Shown: positions 29,839 through 39,800 of the stretch, in pieces
How the letters are laid out: every line of letters begins with the position of its first letter
Numbering within the stretch: position 1 is the stretch's first letter
Assembly (NCBI GenBank): GCA_965248265.1
Contig: CBDFJF010000002.1
Coordinates: 128,001 to 192,000 of the forward strand
DNA: 64,000 nt
DNA from: Candidatus Latescibacterota bacterium
Lineage (GTDB): Bacteria > Latescibacterota > UBA2968 > UBA8231
Direction: 5' to 3'
The notes under the pieces: model-generated
The model's database searches: none
What the model was told of the DNA's origin: nothing
Seen by the model: only the letters and a program-made list of their open reading frames with translations
Made by a program: the position numbers and the translations under genes

Positions 29839-30630
29839 ATGGCAGAATCAGAGACTCAAGACGTCGTCCAGTCACCAGAGAAGCAGTCATCAGAGAGGAG
29901 CAGGCCGCGCTTAGGTCAACGACTGAGGCGGACCCTGCTGGCCGGTCTCACCGTGATCGCGCCGCTGTGGATTACGGGATTCGTTCTGCTCAAGCTGTTC
30001 GAGTGGGCGGCCGGCTTCTCCCGTCCCCTGATCAAGCCGTTCGCCGCGGTTCTGGGTGATCCTGATTTTTATCACCCAGCCGTGGGCTTTGTCATCACCA
30101 TCCTGATCGTGCTGTTGGTTGGTGCCATGACGACGGTCGTGTTCGGGCGGCGACTGCTTCACAATGGTCGCGAGGCGCTGGAACGCTTGCCCATCGTGCG
30201 CACGATATACGCGCCCATACACCGGTTGATGGAGACGATGACGTCACCGGAGAAGGCCGGCTTTCAGAAGGTCATCCTCTTCGAATACCCCCGCAAAGGT
30301 CTGTGGACGCTCGGGTTTCTGGCCGGCAATGTGCCCTTCGAGGCCGGCGGGTCACACGCCCACTCCGTGTTCATCCCCACCGCTCCCAACCCGACCACCG
30401 GATTCATGCTCATCATCCCGCAGAGCGAAATGAAGCACACCAATCTGACGATCGAGGAAGCGTTTCAGATGATTGTCTCTGCCGGAGTGGCGGTGCCGCT
30501 GGCGTTGAAGCTGCCTTCGGAGGTCGGTGGGGAAGGGGGATCGAACGAGATTGGCCGTGATGTGATCGAGCGTGCCGCTGCCCAATCCCAAGCCATTGGC
30601 TCTCAACCTAGCTCTCAACCTAATGGTTAG
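29839..30630 (+). CDS. DUF502 membrane protein
   Basis: LPIVRTIY, FEYPR.G.W, FIPTAPNPTTG, IVSAG. Confidence 0.88.
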   Translation: MAESETQDVVQSPEKQSSERSRPRLGQRLRRTLLAGLTVIAPLWITGFVLLKLFEWAAGFSRPLIKPFAAVLGDPDFYHPAVGFVITILIVLLVGAMTTVVFGRRLLHNGREALERLPIVRTIYAPIHRLMETMTSPEKAGFQKVILFEYPRKGLWTLGFLAGNVPFEAGGSHAHSVFIPTAPNPTTGFMLIIPQSEMKHTNLTIEEAFQMIVSAGVAVPLALKLPSEVGGEGGSNEIGRDVIERAAAQSQAIGSQPSSQPNG

Positions 30631-32216
30631 GTAGTCGGAACTACGGCCGGCGCCACTGCGTTCAACTCAGGCGCCAGCGCCTCGTAGGCAGCGAAGTGCT
30701 CGTTGAAGCGTCGGGCGAGATCAGCAGCAGACTCGTCGTAGGCGGCCCCGTCCTTCCAGGTGGCCTTCGGATTCAGAATCTCAATCGGTACGCGTGGGCA
30801 TTGTCGCGGTACCTGCAGGCCGAACCAGGGATCGGGGTCACACGGCGTGTCGTCGAGCAGTCCCTCTTGTATGGCCGTGACGATGGCTCGAGTGTGAGCG
30901 ATCGAGATACGCTGGCCGACTCCATACCCGCCACCGCTCCATCCGGTGTTGACGAGCCAGCAGCGGCTGCCGTGCTGATGGATTTTTTCGCCCAGCATGC
31001 GCGCGTAAAAGGCGGGGGGCAGCACCAGGAAGGGTGCGCCGAAGCAGGGGGAAAACGTCGCCGTCGGTTCGCTGACGCCGCGCTCGGTGCCTGCAACCTT
31101 GGCGGTGTAACCGGAGATGAAGTGGTACATGGCCTGATCGGCCGAGAGTTGCGACACTGGAGGCAGGACGCCGAAGGCGTCGCACGTCAACATAATGATG
31201 TGCGCGGGATGATCTCCCAGGCCGTCGTCACCGGCATTTGGAATGAAGCTGAGAGGGTAACTGACGCGCGTGTTCTCGGTAAGCGAGTCGTCGTCGAAGT
31301 CGACGCGGCCGGCGTCGTCGCAGACGACATTTTCGAGAATGGAGCCAAACCGCCTGGAGGCAGCGTAGATCTCCGGTTCAGCCTCTGCGCTCAGGTGGAT
31401 GGCCTTGGCATAGCAGCCGCCCTCAAAGTTGAAGACGCCTCGGTCGGTCCAGCCATGCTCGTCGTCGCCGATCAGGCAACACTCCGCGTTCGCCGACAGG
31501 GTCGTTTTTCCCGTACCTGAGAGTCCGAAGAACAGGGTGGTCTCGCCGGCCGCATTGATGTTGGCCGAACAGTGCATGCTGAGAACGCCCTGCTTGGGCA
31601 GCAGATAGTTGAGCAGTGTAAACACCGACTTCTTGAGCTCACCGGCGTAACAGGTGCCGCCGATCAGGATGAGCTTTCGGGCGAAGTTCAACAGCACGAA
31701 GGCTTCGGATCGGGTGTGGTCACGATCCGGCTCCGCCATGAAACCGGGGGCGTAGACGAGATGCCAGTCGGGTTCGAAGGTGCCTTTTTCCAGCGTCTGC
31801 GCGTCCGGGCAGATGAACATGTTGCGGGCGAACAGACTGTGCCAAGCGAACTCGTTGACGACGCGTACAGACAATTGCAACTGAGGATCAGCGCCGGCGT
31901 AGAGATCCTGGACGAAGACGTCGCGGCCTTCGAGGTAAGCAATGACCCGTTCGAACAGGGCATCGAAGTGGGCGCTCTCGAAGGGCTGGTTGACGTCGCC
32001 CCACCAGATGTCCTCTTCGGTCGAGGGCTCGCGAATGACGAACTTGTCCCGGGGAGAGCGGCCGGTGTACTTCCCGGTCTGCGCGACTACGGAACCATCT
32101 TCGGAGAATGAGGCCTCGCCGCGGTGGACGATCTCTTCACACAATCGCTCCGTGGCCAGATTCGTGAGCACGTTACCCGGACGTTCCAACCCCAACGCTG
32201 ACAGTCCAGATTTCAT
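30627..32216 (-). CDS. pckA: Phosphoenolpyruvate carboxykinase (ATP)
   Basis: TGRSPRDK, YAGELKK, MHCSAN, GLSGTGKTT, GDDEHGW, EGGCYAK. Confidence 0.95.
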   Translation of the reverse strand: MKSGLSALGLERPGNVLTNLATERLCEEIVHRGEASFSEDGSVVAQTGKYTGRSPRDKFVIREPSTEEDIWWGDVNQPFESAHFDALFERVIAYLEGRDVFVQDLYAGADPQLQLSVRVVNEFAWHSLFARNMFICPDAQTLEKGTFEPDWHLVYAPGFMAEPDRDHTRSEAFVLLNFARKLILIGGTCYAGELKKSVFTLLNYLLPKQGVLSMHCSANINAAGETTLFFGLSGTGKTTLSANAECCLIGDDEHGWTDRGVFNFEGGCYAKAIHLSAEAEPEIYAASRRFGSILENVVCDDAGRVDFDDDSLTENTRVSYPLSFIPNAGDDGLGDHPAHIIMLTCDAFGVLPPVSQLSADQAMYHFISGYTAKVAGTERGVSEPTATFSPCFGAPFLVLPPAFYARMLGEKIHQHGSRCWLVNTGWSGGGYGVGQRISIAHTRAIVTAIQEGLLDDTPCDPDPWFGLQVPRQCPRVPIEILNPKATWKDGAAYDESAADLARRFNEHFAAYEALAPELNAVAPAVVPTT

Positions 32217-32446
32217 GGCTGCACCAAGTCCCCCCGTGTCCCTTTTTGGAATGGTAACGCTCTGTTTTTGCAGCAGTTGTCTCACTTAGCAGGATACGAA
32301 CCCCGGCTCGATATGTCAATCTGACTCGGTGTCTGGGCCTATCGAATCATCTCCGCAAAACTATATTAACTTCAACAGAATGGCAGCATTCTCATTAGCG
32401 ATCAATGAGAACACGGGCCAAACGGCCAACACAGGAGGTTGCAGCA

Positions 32447-33127
32447 TTGTTCTTTTGGGATCCCACATTCGCTTTATTGATTCCGTGTATTCTTCTGGCA
32501 CTTTATGCCCAGTCCAAGGTGAAACGGACGTACGCCAAATTCAGACAGATCGGCTCAGCCGCTGGCCTTTCGGGAGCGGAGACTGCTCGCCGACTGTTGC
32601 GTGAGAACGGGATTGTCGATGTCGCCGTGGAGGAAGTCGGTGGAGAGCTTTCCGATCACTATGACCCGCGCGACAAGGTGGTCAGGCTTTCATCGGACAT
32701 CTACCGAGGCAATCACCTGGCGGGCCTTGCCGTGGCCGCACACGAAGTCGGTCACGCCACGCAACACGCAACGGGCTATTTCGCCCTGAATCTGCGCCAC
32801 AGTTTTTTGCCCGTGGCCAACATCGGTACATGGGCAGCGTTTCCGCTGTTCATGGTCGGTTTCTTCTTCAACACGCCTCAATTGATGGATCTGGGCATCC
32901 TGTTCTACGCGGTCGTACTGGCTTTTCAGGTCATCACGCTTCCGGTTGAGTTCAATGCCAGTTCTCGTGCCATGGTCCAGTTGGTGGACGGTCGTTATCT
33001 GGCCCCCGAGGAAGGGGTGCTGGCGAAAAAAGTGCTCAATGCCGCGGCACTCACCTACGTCGCTGCGACGGCCACTTCGCTCATGCACCTGGTGCGACTG
33101 CTGATCCTGCGCGGCTCGCGTGACTGA
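32447..33127 (+). CDS. Membrane zinc metallopeptidase (YugP-like)
   Basis: LSDHYDP, AAHEVGHA, TLPVEFNAS.RA, AALTYV; AGGAGG RBS then TTG. Confidence 0.9.
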   Translation: MFFWDPTFALLIPCILLALYAQSKVKRTYAKFRQIGSAAGLSGAETARRLLRENGIVDVAVEEVGGELSDHYDPRDKVVRLSSDIYRGNHLAGLAVAAHEVGHATQHATGYFALNLRHSFLPVANIGTWAAFPLFMVGFFFNTPQLMDLGILFYAVVLAFQVITLPVEFNASSRAMVQLVDGRYLAPEEGVLAKKVLNAAALTYVAATATSLMHLVRLLILRGSRD

Positions 33128-33258
33128 TTGATCGGGTCCTTGCCATGGCAGGGCCTGGTCGCGCTCCGCTGCGGATCGCGCCATACTGCGGATCGGCCAG
33201 TGGTGCGGCGTAAAGCTGCGGATGCGTAAAGCCGCGGCTCGGGTAACCGCGGGTCGCG

Positions 33259-34359
33259 CTATGGGGTAAAGTCGCGCAGGCTTACCGGTCGTCGCTGCGG
33301 ACCCCAGTTGCCGGCCGGGCCATCGAAAACTCCATTACACGGAACGCCACACGCAGTACAGCTACCGCTATCATCCAGGTGCCAACGCGTCAGCCGATAC
33401 CAATCGCGGCCGATGAGCTTCTCGCCGCATGCATGGCAGCTGGTGGTTCCTCCCTCTTCGTCGTGGACATTGCCGGTATAGGCGTAGCGGATGCCGTTGT
33501 CGATGGCGATGCGGCGTGCGCGCGTCAGCGTCTGTGGCGGGGTCGCCGGTTTGTCGAGCATGCGGTAATCGGGGTGGAAGGCGGTGAAGTGCAGGGGTAC
33601 GTCCGGTCCCAGGTGCTCGACGATCCATGCCGTCATGCTGTCGAGCTCGGCATCGGAATCGTTCTCGCCCGGTATGAGCAATGTCGTGATTTCGAACCAG
33701 ACAGAGGTTTCAGTTTTTAAGTATTGAAGAGTTTCCAGCACGGGGGCGAGTTCGGAGGCGCAAACCTGTTTGTAAAAGCGCTCCGTGAAGGCCTTGAGAT
33801 CGACATTGGCCGCATCCATGTGGCGGAAGAATTCTAGGCGCGGTTCGGCACAAATCTCCCCGGCAGTCACAGCCACAGTGCGAACGCCGATTTCGTGGCA
33901 GGCCTGCGCCACGTCGACGGCGTATTCGAGAAAGATGACGGGATCGTTGTAGGTGAAGGCGACGCTGCGACAACCCAGTCGGTGGGCGGCGGTGGCAACG
34001 GTCTCGGGTGTGGCGGCGTCGGCGAGGGTATCGACCTCGCGCGATTTACTGATGTCCCAATTCTGGCAGAACTTGCAGGCCAGGTTGCATCCCGCGGTGC
34101 CAAAGGAGAGCACGGGAGTGCCGGGCAGAAAATGATTGAGCGGCTTTTTCTCGATCGGGTCAATGCAGAAACCGCTCGAACGCCCGTAGGTGGTGAGTAC
34201 GAGTTCGTTCCCCTCGCGGGCGCGGACGAAACAGAGCCCACGCTGACCGTCCTTCAAGCGGCAAAACCGCGGACACAGATCACACTGCAGGCGACCGTCA
34301 TCCATCGCATGCCAATACCGGGCAGGCACGGTGTCGTGGGGGTGGGTTATCTCGGTCAT
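33259..34359 (-). CDS. amrS: AmmeMemoRadiSam radical SAM enzyme
   Basis: CDLCPRFC, DPIEKKPL, CNLACKFCQNWDIS, FTYNDP, FHPDY. Confidence 0.92.
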   Translation of the reverse strand: MTEITHPHDTVPARYWHAMDDGRLQCDLCPRFCRLKDGQRGLCFVRAREGNELVLTTYGRSSGFCIDPIEKKPLNHFLPGTPVLSFGTAGCNLACKFCQNWDISKSREVDTLADAATPETVATAAHRLGCRSVAFTYNDPVIFLEYAVDVAQACHEIGVRTVAVTAGEICAEPRLEFFRHMDAANVDLKAFTERFYKQVCASELAPVLETLQYLKTETSVWFEITTLLIPGENDSDAELDSMTAWIVEHLGPDVPLHFTAFHPDYRMLDKPATPPQTLTRARRIAIDNGIRYAYTGNVHDEEGGTTSCHACGEKLIGRDWYRLTRWHLDDSGSCTACGVPCNGVFDGPAGNWGPQRRPVSLRDFTP

Positions 34360-34487
34360 AGTGTGCCGGCGACAGGAGGTTGTGGTTTGCTGGTGCAGCT
34401 GGGTGGCAACGAGTATTGTAGTTAGCGAACCGGGCTCAGGCACGTCACCCTTGAATATACAAGCGTCCATCGACAGCGAGGAAATGA

Positions 34488-35312
34488 ATGTCCGTCCGCG
34501 CGGCGGCCGTAGCCGGCCGCTTCTATCCGGCTGATGCAGAGGAACTGACGGCGCAGCTGTGTGCTCTGTTGGCGGCGGTGCCGGAGGACGTGCGCACCAA
34601 GCTGGATGGTCAGGAGCCTGCGACCCTACCCAAAGCTATCATCGCGCCTCATGCAGGATACGCCTATTCGGGTCCAGTGGCGGCATCAGCTTACAGTGCC
34701 TTGCAGCAAGCGCCTGCTGGATCGATTGAACGGGTCGTGTTGCTGGGGCCCTGTCACCGGGTGCCCCTCTACGGATTCGCTCTGGCCGATGCCACCGCTT
34801 TCGACACCCCCCTGGGGGTTGTTCCGGTAGACGGTAGCGTCGATGACCTGCTGTGCCTCGATTGTGTCAGTGTCTCCAGTGCTGCCCATGAACTTGAACA
34901 CTGTCTTGAAGTGCAGCTGCCGTTTCTGACTCATGTGCTGGCGACGTCGTTCACGATCGTGCCCCTGGTTGTTGGTGAAGCCTCTCCCGAACAAGCGTGC
35001 GAAGTACTGCGATCGGTCTGGGGAGGCCCCGAAACACTCATCGTGGTTTCTTCGGATCTGAGTCACTTCCACAGCTATGAGGAAGCGCACTCATTGGACA
35101 GCGAGACCTCAAGGGCGATCGAGGAACTGGCACCTGAGCGGATCCGTCCGGAGCAGGCCTGTGGTCGCACCGTGATTCAGGGCCTGTTGGATGAGGCGCG
35201 GACACGGGGAATGAACGCCAGCATCCTGGATGTGCGTAGCTCCGGTGATACGGCGGGCAGCCGGCAGGAAGTCGTCGGCTACGGCGCCTACATGATCTGC
35301 GAGAGTGGGTGA
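34488..35312 (+). CDS. amrB: AmmeMemoRadiSam protein B (MEMO1-like)
   Basis: AVAGRFYP, PHAGYAYSG, EH.LEVQLPF, SSDLSH, CG, VGYGA. Confidence 0.92.
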   Translation: MSVRAAAVAGRFYPADAEELTAQLCALLAAVPEDVRTKLDGQEPATLPKAIIAPHAGYAYSGPVAASAYSALQQAPAGSIERVVLLGPCHRVPLYGFALADATAFDTPLGVVPVDGSVDDLLCLDCVSVSSAAHELEHCLEVQLPFLTHVLATSFTIVPLVVGEASPEQACEVLRSVWGGPETLIVVSSDLSHFHSYEEAHSLDSETSRAIEELAPERIRPEQACGRTVIQGLLDEARTRGMNASILDVRSSGDTAGSRQEVVGYGAYMICESG

Positions 35313-35339
35313 ATGGGTGAATGAGTGAGTGAAGGAGCG

Positions 35340-35891
35340 ATGGAGCTGACCCTCCAACGGGTACTGCTGGAAACGGCGAGTGCCTCACTGCGACACGGCG
35401 TCGAGCACGGCTGCGCGGTGTCCATTGTTACTGCCGATCACGATGAAAAGCTGCAGCGCCCACAGGCCTGTTTTGTGACGCTGCGCAAGGACGAGGGTCT
35501 GCGTGGCTGCATGGGTTCGTCGCGAGCGCAGCGGCCTTTGATCGAAGACGTTGCACACAATGCCTACGCGGCGGGGTTCCTGGATCCTCGTTTTGGACCT
35601 CTCGAAGCAGACGAACTGGACGGGCTGGACATCAACATTTCCGTGCTCAGCGATGTCGAGGAAATGTTTTTCGATTCGGAAGAGGACCTGCTGTCGCAGG
35701 TGCGGCCAGGTGTGGACGGACTGCTGCTACAGGAAGCCGACCGGCGCTCGACCCTGCTGCCCGCGGTTTGGCAAGTGATCGGTGAGCCGGCGACGTTTCT
35801 GCGTGAGCTGAAACAGAAAGCGGGGCTGGAGCCGGACTACTGGTCCGACGACGTGCGGATGTTCCGCTATACGACGGAGAGCATTCCCTGA
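35340..35891 (+). CDS. amrA: AmmeMemoRadiSam protein A (AMMECR1-like)
   Basis: CFVTL, LRGCMG, DPRF, ISVLS, LP.VW, LKQKAG. Confidence 0.92.
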   Translation: MELTLQRVLLETASASLRHGVEHGCAVSIVTADHDEKLQRPQACFVTLRKDEGLRGCMGSSRAQRPLIEDVAHNAYAAGFLDPRFGPLEADELDGLDINISVLSDVEEMFFDSEEDLLSQVRPGVDGLLLQEADRRSTLLPAVWQVIGEPATFLRELKQKAGLEPDYWSDDVRMFRYTTESIP

Positions 35892-35904
35892 CCTGTCATC
35901 ACCC

Positions 35905-36873
35905 ATGAAGGCATCATCAATACATATGAAGGCAACATCAATGACACGGATACTCTGTTCTACAATGAGATTAACACCCTGTTCTACCGCGCTCTGGGTA
36001 GTTGCTATGATGTGGGCTGTCGAGGTCTGCGCTGATGTCTCGTACGTCGAAGAGATCGTCAATTCCGGGATCGGCGCGGCCAAAGTCGGGGCGCGAAAAA
36101 CCGTGAGGAAGGTGTACGTGAAGGGCCAGAGCCAGCACGTGCGTGACGAGGTCAAGAGCGCCAAGGAGGTCGAAATCGGCACCACGATCCTGCGTCTCGA
36201 CCGTCTGAATCGCTACGATATTGACCACACCAGCAAGACGTTTACCGAACACAAGCTGCGGGCGCGAGCACCCACCACCCAGCAGGATTGGCGGCAGGCA
36301 GCTCATGGCGGCAAGGGTGCATACCCGAAACCTGTGGTCAGTGCCGCCAAGGTTGCTCCCAAGGCGGTCGCCGCTGATCCGAACAGGAAGGTGACCTTCA
36401 AGACGAAAGCGCTGCCGGATACCATGCGGGTCGAGGGCATTCTGTGCCGGAGGGTGGCGGCGGAGATGCGGGCGCGCTACTACGTGCCCGGGACCAAGAA
36501 GGTGAGACGGGAGAACCGTTACCTCTACCAGGCATGGGTGGCGACGGATTTTCCCGGGTACGCTGATATCGAGCGCTTTGAAGCGCAGCGCGAGGCCAAG
36601 ACATCGCTGCCGAGTCAGATCGGTGGTGGGTTGGGTGAGTTCAAGGACGCGATCGAAGACTACGATCGCCTCGACGAGGAGATGAAAGCCCTGGACGGCT
36701 TTCCCATGCAATCGCAATTGAAGGTCTTCACGACCACGTCCTCCAGCTCGAAGGAGAAGGAGCTCTTTCGTCTTTCCCGAAAAGTCAGCTCACTGTCACA
36801 TTCCAACCTGTCTCCCTCACTGTTCGAGGTGTCCAAGGGGCTACGCCGCGTGGACGTAGAGGCAGGACCCTGA
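35905..36873 (+). CDS. Secreted hypothetical protein, possibly LolA/DUF4412-like beta fold; start uncertain
   Basis: Signal-like ALWVVAMMWAVEVCA, then a beta-rich body ending SLFEV; first gene of the tamB-tamA unit. Confidence 0.65.
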   Translation: MKASSIHMKATSMTRILCSTMRLTPCSTALWVVAMMWAVEVCADVSYVEEIVNSGIGAAKVGARKTVRKVYVKGQSQHVRDEVKSAKEVEIGTTILRLDRLNRYDIDHTSKTFTEHKLRARAPTTQQDWRQAAHGGKGAYPKPVVSAAKVAPKAVAADPNRKVTFKTKALPDTMRVEGILCRRVAAEMRARYYVPGTKKVRRENRYLYQAWVATDFPGYADIERFEAQREAKTSLPSQIGGGLGEFKDAIEDYDRLDEEMKALDGFPMQSQLKVFTTTSSSSKEKELFRLSRKVSSLSHSNLSPSLFEVSKGLRRVDVEAGP

Positions 36874-36882
36874 GCGCCGGCG

Positions 36883-39800
36883 GTGATTGACCGCCGAATA
36901 ATAGTCTCCGCCTCCGCCTTCGCCGCACTGGCGCTCCTGCTGCTGGCCAGCCCGCTGGGCACCTACATCGCCGGTGCTGTGCTGAGTCGCGGGGGAGCTG
37001 CCGGCTCCGGCTGGCAGGTCCGCATTGGCGCCACCAGCGGTTGGCTGATCGGCACGCCGACTCTGCACGACGTGCGCTTCGAAAACGAACACGGCGACAT
37101 CGCCATTCGCGCCGAGCAACTCTCTTATTCACCCTGGTCATCCCATATTCGGATCCGTGGTCCGGTTGTCTCCGTCACCCAAGGCGAAACTGCATCCTCG
37201 ACGGATGCGGATTCGGAGCCGCCCCGATTGCCGGTCGGTGAGTTGCCGTCGGTCTCGCTGACCGGAGGTGTGGTGGAGGTACGGGATGCGACGGACAGTT
37301 TGGTCTTCGTCGCCGAAGGTGTGGAGGTTGAGTCGGCAGCGGCGCCACAAGAGAACGCAGGCGCCGAGCCAGCGGTGTTGGTACAGCTAGCGTCGAAGCG
37401 ATTACAGGTTTCGCGAAACGCGGATTCGCCTCCAATAGAAGGAGTCGCGAAGGTGCGGCTCCTTGTCAGTGCCGACCGGGTTGCTGTCGAGGAGCTGCGC
37501 ATCGATGGCGTGTTCTCCGATCGCTCCCTTGCTGCCCAGGCAAAGGGGATGCTGTTGCTGCACCGGCACTGGCCCCTCGAAGTCGATCTGCTTGTCGAAG
37601 AAAGTGACGGACCAGCACCAGCGAGTGCGAGCACGCGCTTGCATGGGACTCTCTCGCCACTGGCGCTGGAGGGCAATTTCACCGCTGCACTCGCCGACTC
37701 TGCCCTCGGAGATGTGCAACTCGAGTCCGCTGTCACCCTCTCGGACGCGAGGGTTACGCTGGCCAACGCGAAGGCAGGTTTGTTGGGCGGGGAAATAGGC
37801 CTGTACGCGACCTACGCATTCGAAGCAGACTCCGCCACGATCGAAGCTGATGCCTCCAACCTGCAAGCTCACAGGATGGGTCTTGATTTCATGGGTGGTC
37901 TCATGGGTGATCGCATTGACGGCACGCTAGAAGCCACTGTACGACCATCGATTTCCGTTTACTCCGGATCCATGCGAGCCCGCGTGCAGGGAGCGCGTTT
38001 GCTGGATCAACCTCCACACGACGTCGAGTTGGAAGCCGATCTATCACCCTCCGGCCACCTGGATGCTGTCGCCAGAACCAATCTGGGCCGCTTGGCCGTC
38101 ACCGGAGACCTCGACCTGTCCGCGGCGATCTCCTATGACCTGGCACTCGCCGGGCACATCGATCCCACCGCCGTACTCGGACAGGCTGTCAGCAAGTTGG
38201 CCGTCTCCGGTCAAGTGAAGCCCGGCGACGTGCGGGTGCGGCTGAGAGCCGATGAAGTGTCGTACCTGCATGACGTCGTCGGCCCTGTCGGTGTGGATCT
38301 GCAGTTGACGGATGGGCGCTACCTGAGTGCCTCCGCCGTGGTTGAAGGAGATCAGGCGCGGGCCCATTTGAAGGCCGATCTGGAAAGCGGGCAGCTGGAC
38401 ACACTGGAAGCCGTGGTGTCGACGCTGCCCGTCGATCGCGTCCTGAATGAGGCGGACGGTGAGCTGGACGCACACCTGTCCGGTGGCGGCGGCCTGGGTC
38501 TGTCGACGGCGAAGGTCTCGGGCACCATCGGGCTTGGAAGCCTGCAATTGTCAGGTTGGACACTCGGCGACATCACCGCTGCACTGACGCTCGACGAAGG
38601 GCATGGTAAGGTGGAGCTCAACGGGGACGGGCTGGCCGTGGTTGCCTCCGTCGACACGAGCGGCGCCTTTGCCGGCAACGCCACGTTGGCCGGTGCTCGC
38701 TTTGTCAAAGGCAGCGACGACGGAGAGCAGGACCGTATCGTTGCCGGCGGTCATGCCCACTGGGCCGGCAACCTGTCGATGGGGATCGATCAGTGGGAGG
38801 CGGGACTTGAGCTGGACTCGCTGAGCGCGGTGCTGTCGGGCTACGATCTGCACAGCGATGGTCCGGTGCGCATCGATTATGCGGGGGCAGCCACGACCAT
38901 CGACAACACCCGATGGCACACGCCGTTGGGCGATCTCTTGCTGAGGGGCACGGTCGGTGACGAATTGAACTTGTCGGCGGCCATCGATTCGCTGACGCCC
39001 GCTATGGTTGTTCCAGAGTTGGCTGGCTTTGGATCAGCTTACCTCGATCTCACTGGATCGCTGCGGCAACCGCAGGCTGTGGCACAGATCAGTCTGGGTG
39101 ATCTGACCATGGGTGGACACCCGGTCGGCGATTTCGAGGCGCAACTGGCGTTGCGCCAGCCTCAGGCACCGGACAGCATGGTTGTAACTGCGGCGCTGGA
39201 TCAGTCGTTGTTGGGGTTAGCGAAACGGGCGGCGTTGTCGGTGAGGTTCAGCGCGCTTGCCGACGCGGTGGTGGAGGCAGATCTGGTGGAAGCAGCTGAC
39301 CCTTCGCGGGCTTTGCTTCAAATCGAGGCAGTCGATCTCGATGCAAGCGGACCTCTCAGCTATGTGGCCGGGGATTCCCTCTCCGCTTTGTTGGGTGTGC
39401 GAGGTAGATTGTCGCTCCTGGCCAGCAGGCTCAGTGACTGGGGCCATGCCGAGGGCACACTCGAAATCGAACGGCTGGATTTGGGCAATGCGGCAGCGCG
39501 TGTCGGCCTGCAAGCGAAAGAGACGACGGTCGTGCATGTGGCCGAGGGCAAGCGGATCGAGATGCCGGCTGCCGCTGTGTTGCCGGTACAGCGCTTCGAT
39601 GACGAACAGGAGCGGTTCGAAAACGCCGGCATGCTGTCGATGAGGACGGCCAGTCAATCCGACCGGGCTCGCGTCAGCATCGAGCTCGAAGAGGTCGACC
39701 TCAAAGTAATCGAGGCGCTCAGTGCCGGTTCGATCGAGTTGCCAAGCGGTGCGATCGACGGGTCCCTGGCGATCGACGATTCGACGCAGGGCACGGCATT

